64,000 bases of DNA from positions 13,871 to 77,870 of the forward strand of contig DATKDX010000028.1 of assembly GCA_035512435.1 (NCBI GenBank). Direction: 5' to 3'. The translations under genes and the position numbers were made by a program. Below, in pieces: positions 33,621 through 42,249 of the stretch (the stretch's first letter is position 1; each line of letters opens with the position of its first letter). The stretch is from Dehalococcoidia bacterium. Its GTDB lineage: Bacteria; Chloroflexota; Dehalococcoidia; SM23-28-2; RBG-16-64-32. Under the pieces are notes generated by a model. It was given only the letters and a program-made list of their open reading frames with translations. It ran no database searches and was not told the origin of the DNA.

Positions 33621-33965
33621 CTGGCGGAGAGGCGCCGGACGACCTGGAGTCGGCCGTGCGGTGGCGGACGGCGGAGTCGGTGAGCAGGAAGGGTGATGAC
33701 ATGCGGATCTGGCTGCAGTTCATGGGGCTGTTGACGCGGGCGAGTGGGAAGGCGAAGGTTTCGCCGGAGGAGATGGCGCAGCGGATGGCGGCGGTGTTGC
33801 AGTCGATTGGGGAGCAGATACTGCCCCCGGAGCCGGGGTAGGTGCCAGGTGTTCTGTGTTAGGGCGGGCGGTGCGGCGATCGATTGTGGCTTGCCTTAGC
33901 GGGCGCTATACTAAGCGAGAAGGCCCCGCGGGGTCTTCTCCTTATCTCTACGGAGGTCCGCAAAC

Positions 33966-34304
33966 GTGCCTGTATATGAGTACCGCTGTGGCAAGGGCCA
34001 CACTTACGAGAAGACCGAGGGTTTCAGCGCGCCCTCCACGCAGAAATGCCAGGTCTGCGGGGCGCGGGCGAAGCGCCAGATCAGCATGCCGGCCGTCATC
34101 TTCAAGGGCAGCGGCTTCTACAGCACCGATAACCGCGGCTCCGGTGCGAGCAGCGGCAGCACGGCCACTTCATCTGACGACAGCGCCTCGACGCCGGCTG
34201 CGCCGGCTGCCAGCACGGACAACGGCCACTCCCACGGCGGCGGTGGCCATTCCCATGGCGCCGACTCCAAGACCGACAAAAAGATCGAAACGTCGGTCGA
34301 CTGA
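33966..34304 (+). CDS. FmdB-family zinc-ribbon protein
   Basis: MPVYEYRCGKGHTYE...CQVCG zinc ribbon followed by a Ser/Gly/His-rich tail. GTG start with GGAGG RBS. Confidence 0.7.
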   Translation: MPVYEYRCGKGHTYEKTEGFSAPSTQKCQVCGARAKRQISMPAVIFKGSGFYSTDNRGSGASSGSTATSSDDSASTPAAPAASTDNGHSHGGGGHSHGADSKTDKKIETSVD

Positions 34305-34316
34305 GACGGTGCGCTG

Positions 34317-34781
34317 ATGCGCGTCGTCCTACAGCGCGCCGCTCGCGCCTCCGTTTCTGTTGACGGCGAGACCATCGCCTCCATCGGCCCGGGACTGCTT
34401 ATGCTGGTCGGCGTGTCGGAGGGCGATAACGCCGGCGAGGCCGCCCGCATCGCCGGCAAGTGCGCGGAGATGCGCATCTTTAGCGACGACGAAGGGCGCT
34501 TCAACCTCTCGCTGCTGGATACCGGCGGCGAGGCGCTGGTCGTGTCGCAGTTCACGCTGCTGGCGGACGTGCGCCGCGGGCGGCGTCCCAGCTTCGACGG
34601 CGCGGCCCGGCCGAAGATCGCGGAGCCGATCGTCGAGGCGTTTGTGGCGGAGTTGAGGCGGCTGGGGGTGGGCACGCAAACGGGTCGCTTCGGTGCGAAG
34701 ATGGCGGTGGAGCTGGTAAACGAGGGGCCGGTGACGATCGTCGTGGACAGCGCGGAGTTAGACCGGCCGCGGCGAGCGTGA
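34317..34781 (+). CDS. dtd: D-aminoacyl-tRNA deacylase
   Basis: MRVVLQRA...SQFTL...NEGPVT motifs; 154 aa. Confidence 0.85.
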   Translation: MRVVLQRAARASVSVDGETIASIGPGLLMLVGVSEGDNAGEAARIAGKCAEMRIFSDDEGRFNLSLLDTGGEALVVSQFTLLADVRRGRRPSFDGAARPKIAEPIVEAFVAELRRLGVGTQTGRFGAKMAVELVNEGPVTIVVDSAELDRPRRA

Positions 34782-34811
34782 CGAAGCGCACATCCGGCAA
34801 CCTTGACGCGC

Positions 34812-34842
34812 ACGTTAAGGTGTGCGCATAATCAGGCTGCGC
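34812..34842 (+). promoter_or_regulatory. candidate sigma70-type promoter for ribBA (TTGACG-18 nt-CATAAT) with embedded GCGCAC/GTGCGC inverted repeat
   Basis: Hexamer match by eye, about 40 nt upstream of ribBA ATG 34881. Confidence 0.3.
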
Positions 34843-34880
34843 GTATCCAGCGAGAACGCGACAGTCTAAGGAGGGAAGCG

Positions 34881-36146
34881 ATGGCAAAGGCCAGGAAAAC
34901 CCCCGCGCAATCAACGCCCGTAGACGCTGAGCTGGAGAAGCCCGGCTTCTCAACGGTCGACGAGGCGATCGATGACTTCCGCCAGGGCAAGTTCGTGATC
35001 GTCGTCGACGACGACGAGCGCGAGAACGAGGGCGACCTAATCATCGCCGCTCAGCATGTGGACGAGGAAAAGATCGCGTTCATGCTGCGACACACCACCG
35101 GTATTATCTGTGTCCCCATGCCCGGAGACCTACTGGACGAGCTACGCATTCCGCTGATGGTAGGTAACAACCAGGCGCAGTACGGCACGGCTTTCACCGT
35201 CTCCGTCGATGCGCGAAAGGGGGTGACGACGGGCGTCTCGGCGGCTGACAGGGCGCGCACGATCCAGGTGCTGGCCGACCCGGACGCGGAGCCTGTGGAC
35301 CTGGTGATGCCGGGTCACATCTATCCCCTGCGCGCCCGTGACGGCGGAGTGCTGGTGCGAGCTGGCCACACCGAGGCCACGGTGGACCTCTGCCACCTGG
35401 CAGACTTTGAGCCGGTGGGCGTCCTCTGCGAGTTGATGGACCAGGACGGCAAGATGATGCGCGGCGCGGCGCTGGTGGACTTCGCGAAAGGGCATGACCT
35501 GAAGATCATCGGCATCAACCAGCTGATCCGCCACCGCGTAATGCGGGAGCGGCTTGTGGAGAAGGTGGCGGTGACCACGCTCCCGACGAACTGGGGCGAG
35601 TTCACGCTCCATGCCTATCGCTCCGACATCGACACTGATGAGCACGCGGCGCTGGTTATGGGCGACATCACCACCGACGAGCCGGTCCTCATCCGCGTCC
35701 ACTCGCAGTGCGTGACAGGCGACGTTTTCGGCTCCATGCGCTGTGACTGCGGCGAGCAGATCGATCTGGCGCTGAGCCACATCGCCCAGGAAGGCCGTGG
35801 CGTCCTCGTATACATGAGGCAGGAGGGCCGCGGCATCGGCTTCCACAACAAGATCCGGGCCTACTCGCTGCAGGAGACAGAAGGCCTCGACACCGTGCAG
35901 GCCAACGAAGCGCTGGGTTTCGCCGCCGACCGCCGCGACTACGGCATCGGCATGCAGATCCTGCTGGACCTGGGCCTGACCAGAGTGCGCCTGCTGACGA
36001 ACAACCCGCAGAAGCGCGCCGGTATCGAGGGCTACGGTATCGACGTCGTGGAGCGCGTCCCCATCCAGGCGGTGCCCAACCCGCACAACTGGAAGTACCT
36101 GGAGACGAAACGGGACAAGCTGGGCCACTTCATCGACATGCCCTAG
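34881..36146 (+). CDS. ribBA: bifunctional 3,4-dihydroxy-2-butanone-4-phosphate synthase / GTP cyclohydrolase II
   Basis: RibB region (RENEGDL, TVDLC) plus RibA region (CDCGEQ zinc site, GRGIG). ATG 34881 follows an AAGGAGGG RBS; the track ORF 34803 is a 5' extension. Confidence 0.9.
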   Translation: MAKARKTPAQSTPVDAELEKPGFSTVDEAIDDFRQGKFVIVVDDDERENEGDLIIAAQHVDEEKIAFMLRHTTGIICVPMPGDLLDELRIPLMVGNNQAQYGTAFTVSVDARKGVTTGVSAADRARTIQVLADPDAEPVDLVMPGHIYPLRARDGGVLVRAGHTEATVDLCHLADFEPVGVLCELMDQDGKMMRGAALVDFAKGHDLKIIGINQLIRHRVMRERLVEKVAVTTLPTNWGEFTLHAYRSDIDTDEHAALVMGDITTDEPVLIRVHSQCVTGDVFGSMRCDCGEQIDLALSHIAQEGRGVLVYMRQEGRGIGFHNKIRAYSLQETEGLDTVQANEALGFAADRRDYGIGMQILLDLGLTRVRLLTNNPQKRAGIEGYGIDVVERVPIQAVPNPHNWKYLETKRDKLGHFIDMP

Positions 36147-37102
36147 CGCTTGTCTGCCTCTGGATCGCGGAGGACGAGGCTGCGCGCGGTGCGCAGCACC
36201 TTGACGTGCAGCGGCACCTTCATTCCTTCCATCGCCGGCTGCTTGACGACCGTCTTCGGCACCTCGGCGAACGAGCGTGAGGCGGCCGCTCCGATGAGCA
36301 GTATCTGGGCGCTGATGAAGATCCAGAAGAGGAATGCGGCTACGGCGCCAAGCGAGCCGAAGACGACATCGAAGTTGCCGAAGTTCTGCACGTAGAAGCC
36401 GAAGAGGTTCTTTACCGCTTCGAAGGCGACGGCGGCGATCACCGCGCCGGGGACAGCGCCCATTAGCGATCCGCCGCGAGCCGGCACGATCCAGTATAGG
36501 AAGGTGAAGGCGACGAAGGAGAAGACGAAGGGAATCGCGATGATGCCCAGCGTCCAGACCCAGCCCAAGTCCTCCGAAAGTTGGCCGATACCCTCCAGGT
36601 CTTCGCTGCGCGCCTGCGCCACGCGCAGGACGGCCGTGACGGCGATTGAGGCGCCGAAGAAGAGTCCTGCACCGAGGACTAGCGAGAGGTCGATCGCCTT
36701 GGCCTGGACGAATGGGCGCCCCAGATCCTGCGCGTCGTAGATGATGTTGAGCGAGCGGCGGATGGCACCGAACATGCCGCTGGCCGACCACATCATACCG
36801 ATGAGACCGATGATACCCAGGGCCGGTCCGGTGTTGCCGGAGACGGCGTCGACGGCCTCTTCCACGTTGGCGCGTCCTTCGCCCTGGTCCAGTGGCACGA
36901 CGTCCATTACTTCATTGACGAGGTCCTGCTGGGCGGCCTCGTGGAGGAAGATGCCGACGGCGGCGACGAGGAAGATAAGCAGCGGGAAGATGGAGAAGAG
37001 GACGTAGTAAGCGATGCCGGCCGCGAGCTGGCCGCAGTTGTTGGCGGTGTAGCGTTTGACGGTCGCCACAGCCCACTCCTTGAGGAAACGAAAGGACAAC
37101 AT
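36143..37102 (-). CDS. YihY/BrkB family membrane protein
   Basis: 319 aa with about six TM segments and a YihY-like N-terminus (GQLAAGIAYYVLFSIFPLL). Confidence 0.75.
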   Translation of the reverse strand: MLSFRFLKEWAVATVKRYTANNCGQLAAGIAYYVLFSIFPLLIFLVAAVGIFLHEAAQQDLVNEVMDVVPLDQGEGRANVEEAVDAVSGNTGPALGIIGLIGMMWSASGMFGAIRRSLNIIYDAQDLGRPFVQAKAIDLSLVLGAGLFFGASIAVTAVLRVAQARSEDLEGIGQLSEDLGWVWTLGIIAIPFVFSFVAFTFLYWIVPARGGSLMGAVPGAVIAAVAFEAVKNLFGFYVQNFGNFDVVFGSLGAVAAFLFWIFISAQILLIGAAASRSFAEVPKTVVKQPAMEGMKVPLHVKVLRTARSLVLRDPEADKR

Positions 37103-37200
37103 CTGCCCTCTACTCTAACCGGGTCATGTTAAATTCTCCGCCGAATCTACCGCGGCGGGTTGCAAAAACTTGGCAATCAACACCAATGCTCACGCCAAGC

Positions 37201-37231
37201 TTGACGCTAACTGCCGGCCTTTGCTTATACT
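37201..37231 (+). promoter_or_regulatory. candidate promoter (TTGACG ... TATACT) upstream of HTH-PASTA gene
   Basis: Hexamers by eye. The 19-nt spacer is slightly long. Confidence 0.25.
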
Positions 37232-37259
37232 GCAATCCGTGCATTCACAGGAGGTCGAT

Positions 37260-37916
37260 ATGTCCTCGTCGCCCCTTGGGGAGACGTTAAGGAAAGCCCG
37301 CCTCGAGAGAAGTATCACCTTTGAAGATGCCGAGAGAGTAACCCGCATCCCGCGTAAGTACCTCGAAGCACTCGAACTCGAGAATTTCGGAATCCTACCA
37401 GCCCCGGTCTACGCCAGGGGTTTCTTGCGCTCGTACGCTAGTTACCTCGGCCTCGACCCGGGGTCGCTGATGCCTTTCTTTCCGGTCGGTCACGTGGACG
37501 AGCCAGCGCTGGAGCAACTCCCGGAGATGTCGGAGCCACGCACCTGGAACCCCAGCAGCCTCATCGCTGTCAGCGTCATCGGAGTGCTCATCATGCTCGT
37601 CGTCGCGCTCTACGCGCTGGGCAGCGAGAGCAGCGCTAACTTCAGCGAAGACACCTCCGGCGGCACGGAGAACAACGGGGCTGTTCCAGCCGCTGACGCA
37701 CCCGCGGAGGGCGGCGGCAACGCCCAGACGCTGCCCGATCTTACCGGTCTGACGCTCGCCGAGGCGGTAGCCATCGTTGAGGAAAATGGCGCCACCTGGC
37801 TGGCCGTGCCGACGACAGAAGGGGACGTGCCGGCGGGACAAGTCATCTCCTTCTCGCCGGGTGAAGGCACCGTCGTCGGCCCCGGCGACGTCGTTTCGAT
37901 TACCGTAAGCCAGTAG
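37260..37916 (+). CDS. RodZ-like XRE-family HTH membrane protein with C-terminal PASTA domain
   Basis: An N-terminal HTH (LGETLRKARLERSITFEDAERVTRIP), one TM segment, and a C-terminus matching the PASTA consensus (LPDLTGLTLAEAVAIVEENG...GQVISFSPGEGTVVGPGDVVSITVS). ATG 37260 follows a GGAGG RBS. Confidence 0.65.
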   Translation: MSSSPLGETLRKARLERSITFEDAERVTRIPRKYLEALELENFGILPAPVYARGFLRSYASYLGLDPGSLMPFFPVGHVDEPALEQLPEMSEPRTWNPSSLIAVSVIGVLIMLVVALYALGSESSANFSEDTSGGTENNGAVPAADAPAEGGGNAQTLPDLTGLTLAEAVAIVEENGATWLAVPTTEGDVPAGQVISFSPGEGTVVGPGDVVSITVSQ

Positions 37917-37919
37917 CGG

Positions 37920-38216
37920 TCAGGCGCCCGCGTCGATTATCTCGGTCTCGTAGTCAAGTATCTCCGCGTCCAGCCGCTCCCGCCGCACAAACTCCATCAC
38001 AGAGGAGAGCACCTCGCTGGCGTGCCGCTCGTCGTTAGAGACACAGGCGACGCCGATCGTGGCGAGCTGCCAGGAGTCGAGGTCACCCACCTCGGCGGCG
38101 GAAAGATGGAAGCGGTTCTGCAGCCGCGCCACGAGCGACTTCACGACCTGCCGCTTCGCCTTTAGCGATTGGCTTTCCGGCACGCGCAGGCGGACTCGCA
38201 GGACTCCTACAAGCAT
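37920..38216 (-). CDS. DUF503 (YlxP-like) family protein
   Basis: 98 aa from ATG 38216 (MLVGVLRVRLRVPESQSLKAKRQVV...), matching the YlxP pattern. The track's longer ORF overlaps scpB. Confidence 0.6.
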   Translation of the reverse strand: MLVGVLRVRLRVPESQSLKAKRQVVKSLVARLQNRFHLSAAEVGDLDSWQLATIGVACVSNDERHASEVLSSVMEFVRRERLDAEILDYETEIIDAGA

Positions 38217-38220
38217 GGAG

Positions 38221-38835
38221 TTACTCTTCGCCGGGCGCTTCATCCTCGGCATCCGCACCCTCGCGCTCGGCGACGATCGCCGCAGCTTCGGCGGCCACCG
38301 CCGCCCGGACCGCAGACTCCAGTTCCGGCAGGGAAGGGAGGTCCTCGGGCTTCTCCAGCCCGAAGTGCTCCAGGAACTTGAAGGTGGTGCCATAGAGGTA
38401 TGGCCGCCCGGCGCTGTTCGCGCGCCCCACCTCCGTGATCAGGCCACGCAGCTTTAGTGTCTGCACGCCGTAGTCGGCGTTCTTGTTGAGGATGCGCTCG
38501 ATTTCGCCCCTGGTGATCGGCTGTCGGTAGGCTATGACCGTCAGCGTAGCGAGCACGGCTGGCGAAAGGCGCGCATTCTCGTCGATGCCCAGGAAGCGCT
38601 GGATATAGGTGGTGTTCTCGGGCGCGCTGACCATCTGCGCCGCCTCGCCGGAGCGCTGGATGCGCACGCCGCGGCGGGCACTCTCCTCCGTGAGCAGGTC
38701 GATCGCCGCAAGGACGTCGGCTTCGCTGGCCTCGGTCAGGCGGGCCAGCGTCTTGAGGTCGATGGCCCCCTCCGCCACGAAAAGGATGCTTTCGATGGCG
38801 CGCTTAAGGGCGTCCGCGGTGAGGCCTTCGGGCAC
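38221..38835 (-). CDS. scpB: segregation and condensation protein B
   Basis: Tandem winged-helix ScpB pattern (LKRAIESILFVAEGAIDLKTLA...; RQPITRGEIERI). Confidence 0.85.
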   Translation of the reverse strand: MPEGLTADALKRAIESILFVAEGAIDLKTLARLTEASEADVLAAIDLLTEESARRGVRIQRSGEAAQMVSAPENTTYIQRFLGIDENARLSPAVLATLTVIAYRQPITRGEIERILNKNADYGVQTLKLRGLITEVGRANSAGRPYLYGTTFKFLEHFGLEKPEDLPSLPELESAVRAAVAAEAAAIVAEREGADAEDEAPGEE

Positions 38836-38838
38836 GAG

Positions 38839-39570
38839 CTACTGCTGCTGTTGCTGCTCGTCGGCAGGATGAGGGTCATCCGGGGTGGCGTCGTAGACCA
38901 GCGGCCCCGGGGAGGAGTCGGCGTGGCCTTCTGCGCCTGCATCGCTGAGCGGTGGCGCAACGACAGACGCGGGTTCCGGCTCCGGGCGCTGATACGTCGG
39001 TGGGGGAGATGCCGGAGTTTCATCTGTGGCGCGTGAGCCGCCGAATGCCACCTTGATCTCTGGCGTGCCGGAGACCGGCAGGCCGAGGTCGTCGTGCATG
39101 GTGTCGACGATCGTGCGGACCGCGGCCTGGGTGACCTCGCCGACATTTGCGGCCTGAGTTACAGCCAGCTCCATGGAGACCGCCACACCCTTGTCGCGCG
39201 GGCGGACGCGGGAACGGGCGCTGGTGACGCCCGGCAGCTCCAGCAGCGCCTCCTCGAGGCGCAGGCGCAGGGCGTCAGCGGGGATGATGGTGGTTGCGCC
39301 GGCCTGTTCGACGCGCAGCTCTCTGACCTCGTCCTCCGGCGCCAGCTCGATAACGATCCAGAGCAGCGCGAGGACGGCGGTAGCCAGGGCGCCCAGCGTG
39401 ACGACAAGCTGCCCGGCTGTGGTGTTGTTGTCCTCGAAAAACTCAGCGATGTCACCGATGCGCGCGACTGCGTCGTCGGGAGCGGCCCAGGTGACGAAGA
39501 TGACCACCGTCATGAGGACAATCCAGAGGGCGGCGAAGAAAACGATAAGGTAGCGGTTAGTTTCGTTCAT
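38839..39570 (-). CDS. hypothetical membrane protein, Asp23/alkaline-shock-like core with Pro/Glu/Gln-rich tail
   Basis: Two N-terminal TM segments, an Asp23-like middle (VAVSMELAV...NVGEVTQAAVRTIVDTM), and a low-complexity C-terminus ending QQQQ. Confidence 0.4.
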   Translation of the reverse strand: MNETNRYLIVFFAALWIVLMTVVIFVTWAAPDDAVARIGDIAEFFEDNNTTAGQLVVTLGALATAVLALLWIVIELAPEDEVRELRVEQAGATTIIPADALRLRLEEALLELPGVTSARSRVRPRDKGVAVSMELAVTQAANVGEVTQAAVRTIVDTMHDDLGLPVSGTPEIKVAFGGSRATDETPASPPPTYQRPEPEPASVVAPPLSDAGAEGHADSSPGPLVYDATPDDPHPADEQQQQQ

Positions 39571-40871
39571 GACAGTACGGGGGCTCCGTGAACCCCTTCG
39601 CCGTCCAGCGTCTCGAGGCGGGTGGCGGTCAGGCGATTGGCCAGGTCGGCTTCGTCCCGAGCGTAAACGCGCAGGTAGTTAGCGGTCAATCCCTGCCAGC
39701 GGCCATCGCTCCTTTCCTCCCAGAGCACATCCATTACGCGGCCCAGGTGCCGCGTCCGCCAGGCGTGCGACGATGCACTCTGCACCGCCAACAGCCTCTC
39801 GAGACGCTCGCGGCGGGCGGGTGGCGGCAGGTGACCCTCCATCTTGTCAGCGCCGGTGTGCGGGCGGCGAGAGTAGGGGAAACAGTGCATGTCGGCGAAT
39901 CCTGAATCCTCACACAGGGAGAGCGTTTCCTCGAAGTCGGCGTCTGTCTCGCCTGGGAAGCCGGCAATGACATCGGTCGTTACGGCGACATCCGCCACGT
40001 GCTCGCGGATCATGGCCAGCGCGGCGCTGAACTCCTCAGCGGTGTAGCGGCGGCGCATGGGGCCGAGGACGGCGTCGGCGCCGCTCTGCAGCGGCAGGTG
40101 GAAGTGAGGGCAGAGGCGAGAATCTCGCCAGAGCGCGAGCAGGTCGGGGTGGATATCCTGTGCTTGAAGCGAGGACATCCGGATGCGGGGGATCGAGGTA
40201 TTGGCCAGCAGTTCGGTCAGCAAGCGGCGTGGTCCCTGCTCTGACCGTTCCCAGCCGAGATCGCGGCCGTAATTGCCTAACTGGGTACCGGTCAGCACGA
40301 CTTCGACGACGCCGTCGGCCTCGCGGGCCTGCACCTGGCGCACGACGTCGGCGATGGGAACGGACCGCTCGCGCCCGCGTGTGTAGGGGACGATGCAGAA
40401 GGCGCAGAGCTCGTCGCAGCCTTCCTGGATCTTGATGAACGCACGCGTGCGCAGTGGGTTCCTGATGGGCGTTGGGCAACCGGCGATAGGGTCGCCGCGC
40501 GATGCCAAGCGCTCAAGCAGGCGGTCCGGGATCGAGAACTTGTCGGCGTTGGTCAGCACCTCGTCAGCGCCAATGACCTGGCCGATGTCGGCCGGGGCGG
40601 TCTCAGCGTAGCAACCGGTGAGCACGACCTGCGCGCCGGGCGAGAGGCGCCGCGCCAGGCGCACGAGGTGGCGCGCCTTGCGGTCGGCGACGTGGGTGAC
40701 GGAGCAAGTGTTGATAACGAATGCTTCCGCCCCTTTCACCGGCCGGTCGACGACGCGCACGCCCTCGCCGGCGAGACGCCGAGCGATCGCCTCGGAATCG
40801 GACTGGTTCAATTTGCAGCCAAGCGTCAGCACGGACACGGTGGGCCGCGAGTCAGAGGTCTTCTGGGTCAC
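39567..40871 (-). CDS. radical-SAM tRNA methylthiotransferase (MiaB/MtaB family) with TRAM domain
   Basis: N-terminal MTTase Cys residues (TLGCKLNQSDSE...NTCSV), radical SAM CxxxCxxC (CDELCAFCIVPY), and a C-terminal TRAM domain. Confidence 0.8.
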   Translation of the reverse strand: MTQKTSDSRPTVSVLTLGCKLNQSDSEAIARRLAGEGVRVVDRPVKGAEAFVINTCSVTHVADRKARHLVRLARRLSPGAQVVLTGCYAETAPADIGQVIGADEVLTNADKFSIPDRLLERLASRGDPIAGCPTPIRNPLRTRAFIKIQEGCDELCAFCIVPYTRGRERSVPIADVVRQVQAREADGVVEVVLTGTQLGNYGRDLGWERSEQGPRRLLTELLANTSIPRIRMSSLQAQDIHPDLLALWRDSRLCPHFHLPLQSGADAVLGPMRRRYTAEEFSAALAMIREHVADVAVTTDVIAGFPGETDADFEETLSLCEDSGFADMHCFPYSRRPHTGADKMEGHLPPPARRERLERLLAVQSASSHAWRTRHLGRVMDVLWEERSDGRWQGLTANYLRVYARDEADLANRLTATRLETLDGEGVHGAPVLS

Positions 40872-40919
40872 CCGATCATGATATGCGGGTGCAAAGGAGC
40901 GCGTCCAACGTAGGCTGTG

Positions 40920-41081
40920 CTAGGCGCCGCAGCGGGAGAAGCCACAGATAGGGCACGTCTGGCAGCCCTCGCCGAAGACGAGTGGGCCGGCGCAGTCCGG
41001 GCAGCGCGGCTGGGAGAACATCTTGAGGCGCAGCTGGGTGGCTGCGTTGCTGGGCGTCCGGGTCGCGGTTGCTGTTGCCAT
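40920..41081 (-). CDS. small zinc-ribbon protein (53 aa), below the ORF-track size cutoff
   Basis: MATATATRTPSNAATQLRLKMFSQPRCPDCAGPLVFGEGCQTCPICGF with CxxC...CxxC. A GGAGG RBS sits 6 nt upstream. Confidence 0.35.
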   Translation of the reverse strand: MATATATRTPSNAATQLRLKMFSQPRCPDCAGPLVFGEGCQTCPICGFSRCGA

Positions 41082-41092
41082 TTGATTCCTCC

Positions 41093-41131
41093 TAGAACGT
41101 CTGTGCTAATAGTAGCAGCACAGGCGTTCTA
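41093..41131. promoter_or_regulatory. 39-bp near-perfect palindrome (TAGAACGTCTGTGCT-N8-AGCACAGGCGTTCTA) between the AKR stop and the small zinc-ribbon gene RBS
   Basis: 14 of 15 arm positions pair. It lies directly 5' of the RBS of the 40920..41081 gene and 3' of the AKR stop at 41160. Confidence 0.35.
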
Positions 41132-41159
41132 TTCGCAACGCTGATGGCACTTTTCGGGA

Positions 41160-42140
41160 TTATTTTTCGCGCTCTACCCAGATACGCTTCGCTTCTCGCA
41201 AGTCTTCCTCAGGGAGCGGGGCCATTTCGGATGCCGCGACGGTCTCCTCAATCTGAGCGATCGTCTTTGCGCCGCTGATGACGGTCGACACCGCCGGTTC
41301 GGAGAGCACGAAGGCGATCGCCGTCTGCGCCATGCTGCCCTGCGGGCCTCTCGGGCGGCCTTCACGGGAAAGGAAGCGCAACGCCTGCACACGCTCGACG
41401 CTTTCCCGCACTCGCTTCGGCGACCACATAGAACGCCAGTCGGATGGCGGGAAGTAGTGGTCCGGAGCATACTTTCCGGCAAGTAGGCCGGAGGCGAGCG
41501 GAACACGCGCGATGACGCCCCAGTCCTGCCGAAACGCCTCCACGAAGACGCCTTTGTCGGCGGCTTCCTGGTCGATCATGTTGTAGGCGACCTGTAGAGT
41601 GTCGCCGAAGCGGCCCTTTTCCCCGCTTTCGCGCTCGAAGCGCAGGTAGGCCAGGGCATCATTCGCGGTCTTTGCGCTGATACCGTAAAAGCGGATCTTC
41701 TTCCGGGCGCGCAGGTCGGCCAGCGTCTCCCAGAGGGCGTCGTTCTTCGTCAGCTTCTGGGGCGGGTTGTGCAGCTGGTAGAGGTCGATGTACGTCGTGC
41801 GCAGGCGCTCGAGGCTGCGCTCGACGGCCTCGAGGATGTATGCCGGGTCGTAGCTATGGCGCGCGGGTTCGCCTTTCGTGAAGTCGACGCCGACCTTGGT
41901 GGCGATTAGCACGCGGTCGCGGAACTCCCCGAGGGCTTGGCCGAGCAGCTCCTCGCTGTGGCCGTGCCCGTAAACGTCGGCGGTGTCGAAGAAGTTGACT
42001 CCCAGCTCGTAGGCGCCCTGCACGGCGGCCAGGGAATCTTCGTCGCGGACGTCGCCCCAGCCCTCGCCGCCGATGGCCCAGCCGCCGAAGCCAGCCTCGG
42101 AGATCATCATCTCGGTGCGGCCCAACCGTCTGTAAATCAT
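41160..42140 (-). CDS. aldo/keto reductase
   Basis: 326 aa from ATG 42140 (MIYRRLGRTEMMISEAGFGGW...), with the AKR catalytic tetrad region (DTADVYG...) and ISGAKT. The upstream 230 aa of the track ORF is low-complexity extension. Confidence 0.8.
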   Translation of the reverse strand: MIYRRLGRTEMMISEAGFGGWAIGGEGWGDVRDEDSLAAVQGAYELGVNFFDTADVYGHGHSEELLGQALGEFRDRVLIATKVGVDFTKGEPARHSYDPAYILEAVERSLERLRTTYIDLYQLHNPPQKLTKNDALWETLADLRARKKIRFYGISAKTANDALAYLRFERESGEKGRFGDTLQVAYNMIDQEAADKGVFVEAFRQDWGVIARVPLASGLLAGKYAPDHYFPPSDWRSMWSPKRVRESVERVQALRFLSREGRPRGPQGSMAQTAIAFVLSEPAVSTVISGAKTIAQIEETVAASEMAPLPEEDLREAKRIWVEREK

Positions 42141-42249
42141 CGAGACAGACGATACCACCCGGCCGCTCATGGTGAGGCTCTCGGCCAACGGCCGCCCGCC
42201 TGGGCGAATCCATGAGCGGCTACGCGCGCGGAGGCGATATAGTCTCGCC

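Noticed and set aside
33918-33941. GAGAAGGCCCCGCGGGGTCTTCTC hairpin upstream of fmdB as a defined regulatory element
   Set aside because: It is a plausible terminator or 5'-UTR hairpin, but there is no adjacent U-tract, and I cannot tell which gene, if any, it serves.
34782-34880. FMN (RFN) riboswitch upstream of ribBA
   Set aside because: Only ~100 nt are available and none of the conserved RFN core sequences are present. Only a promoter-like hexamer pair and a short inverted repeat are seen.
38217-38393. Longer 157-aa form of the DUF503 gene
   Set aside because: The N-terminal 59 residues are Arg/Ser/Pro-rich and overlap scpB. The conserved YlxP pattern starts at the internal ATG 38216.
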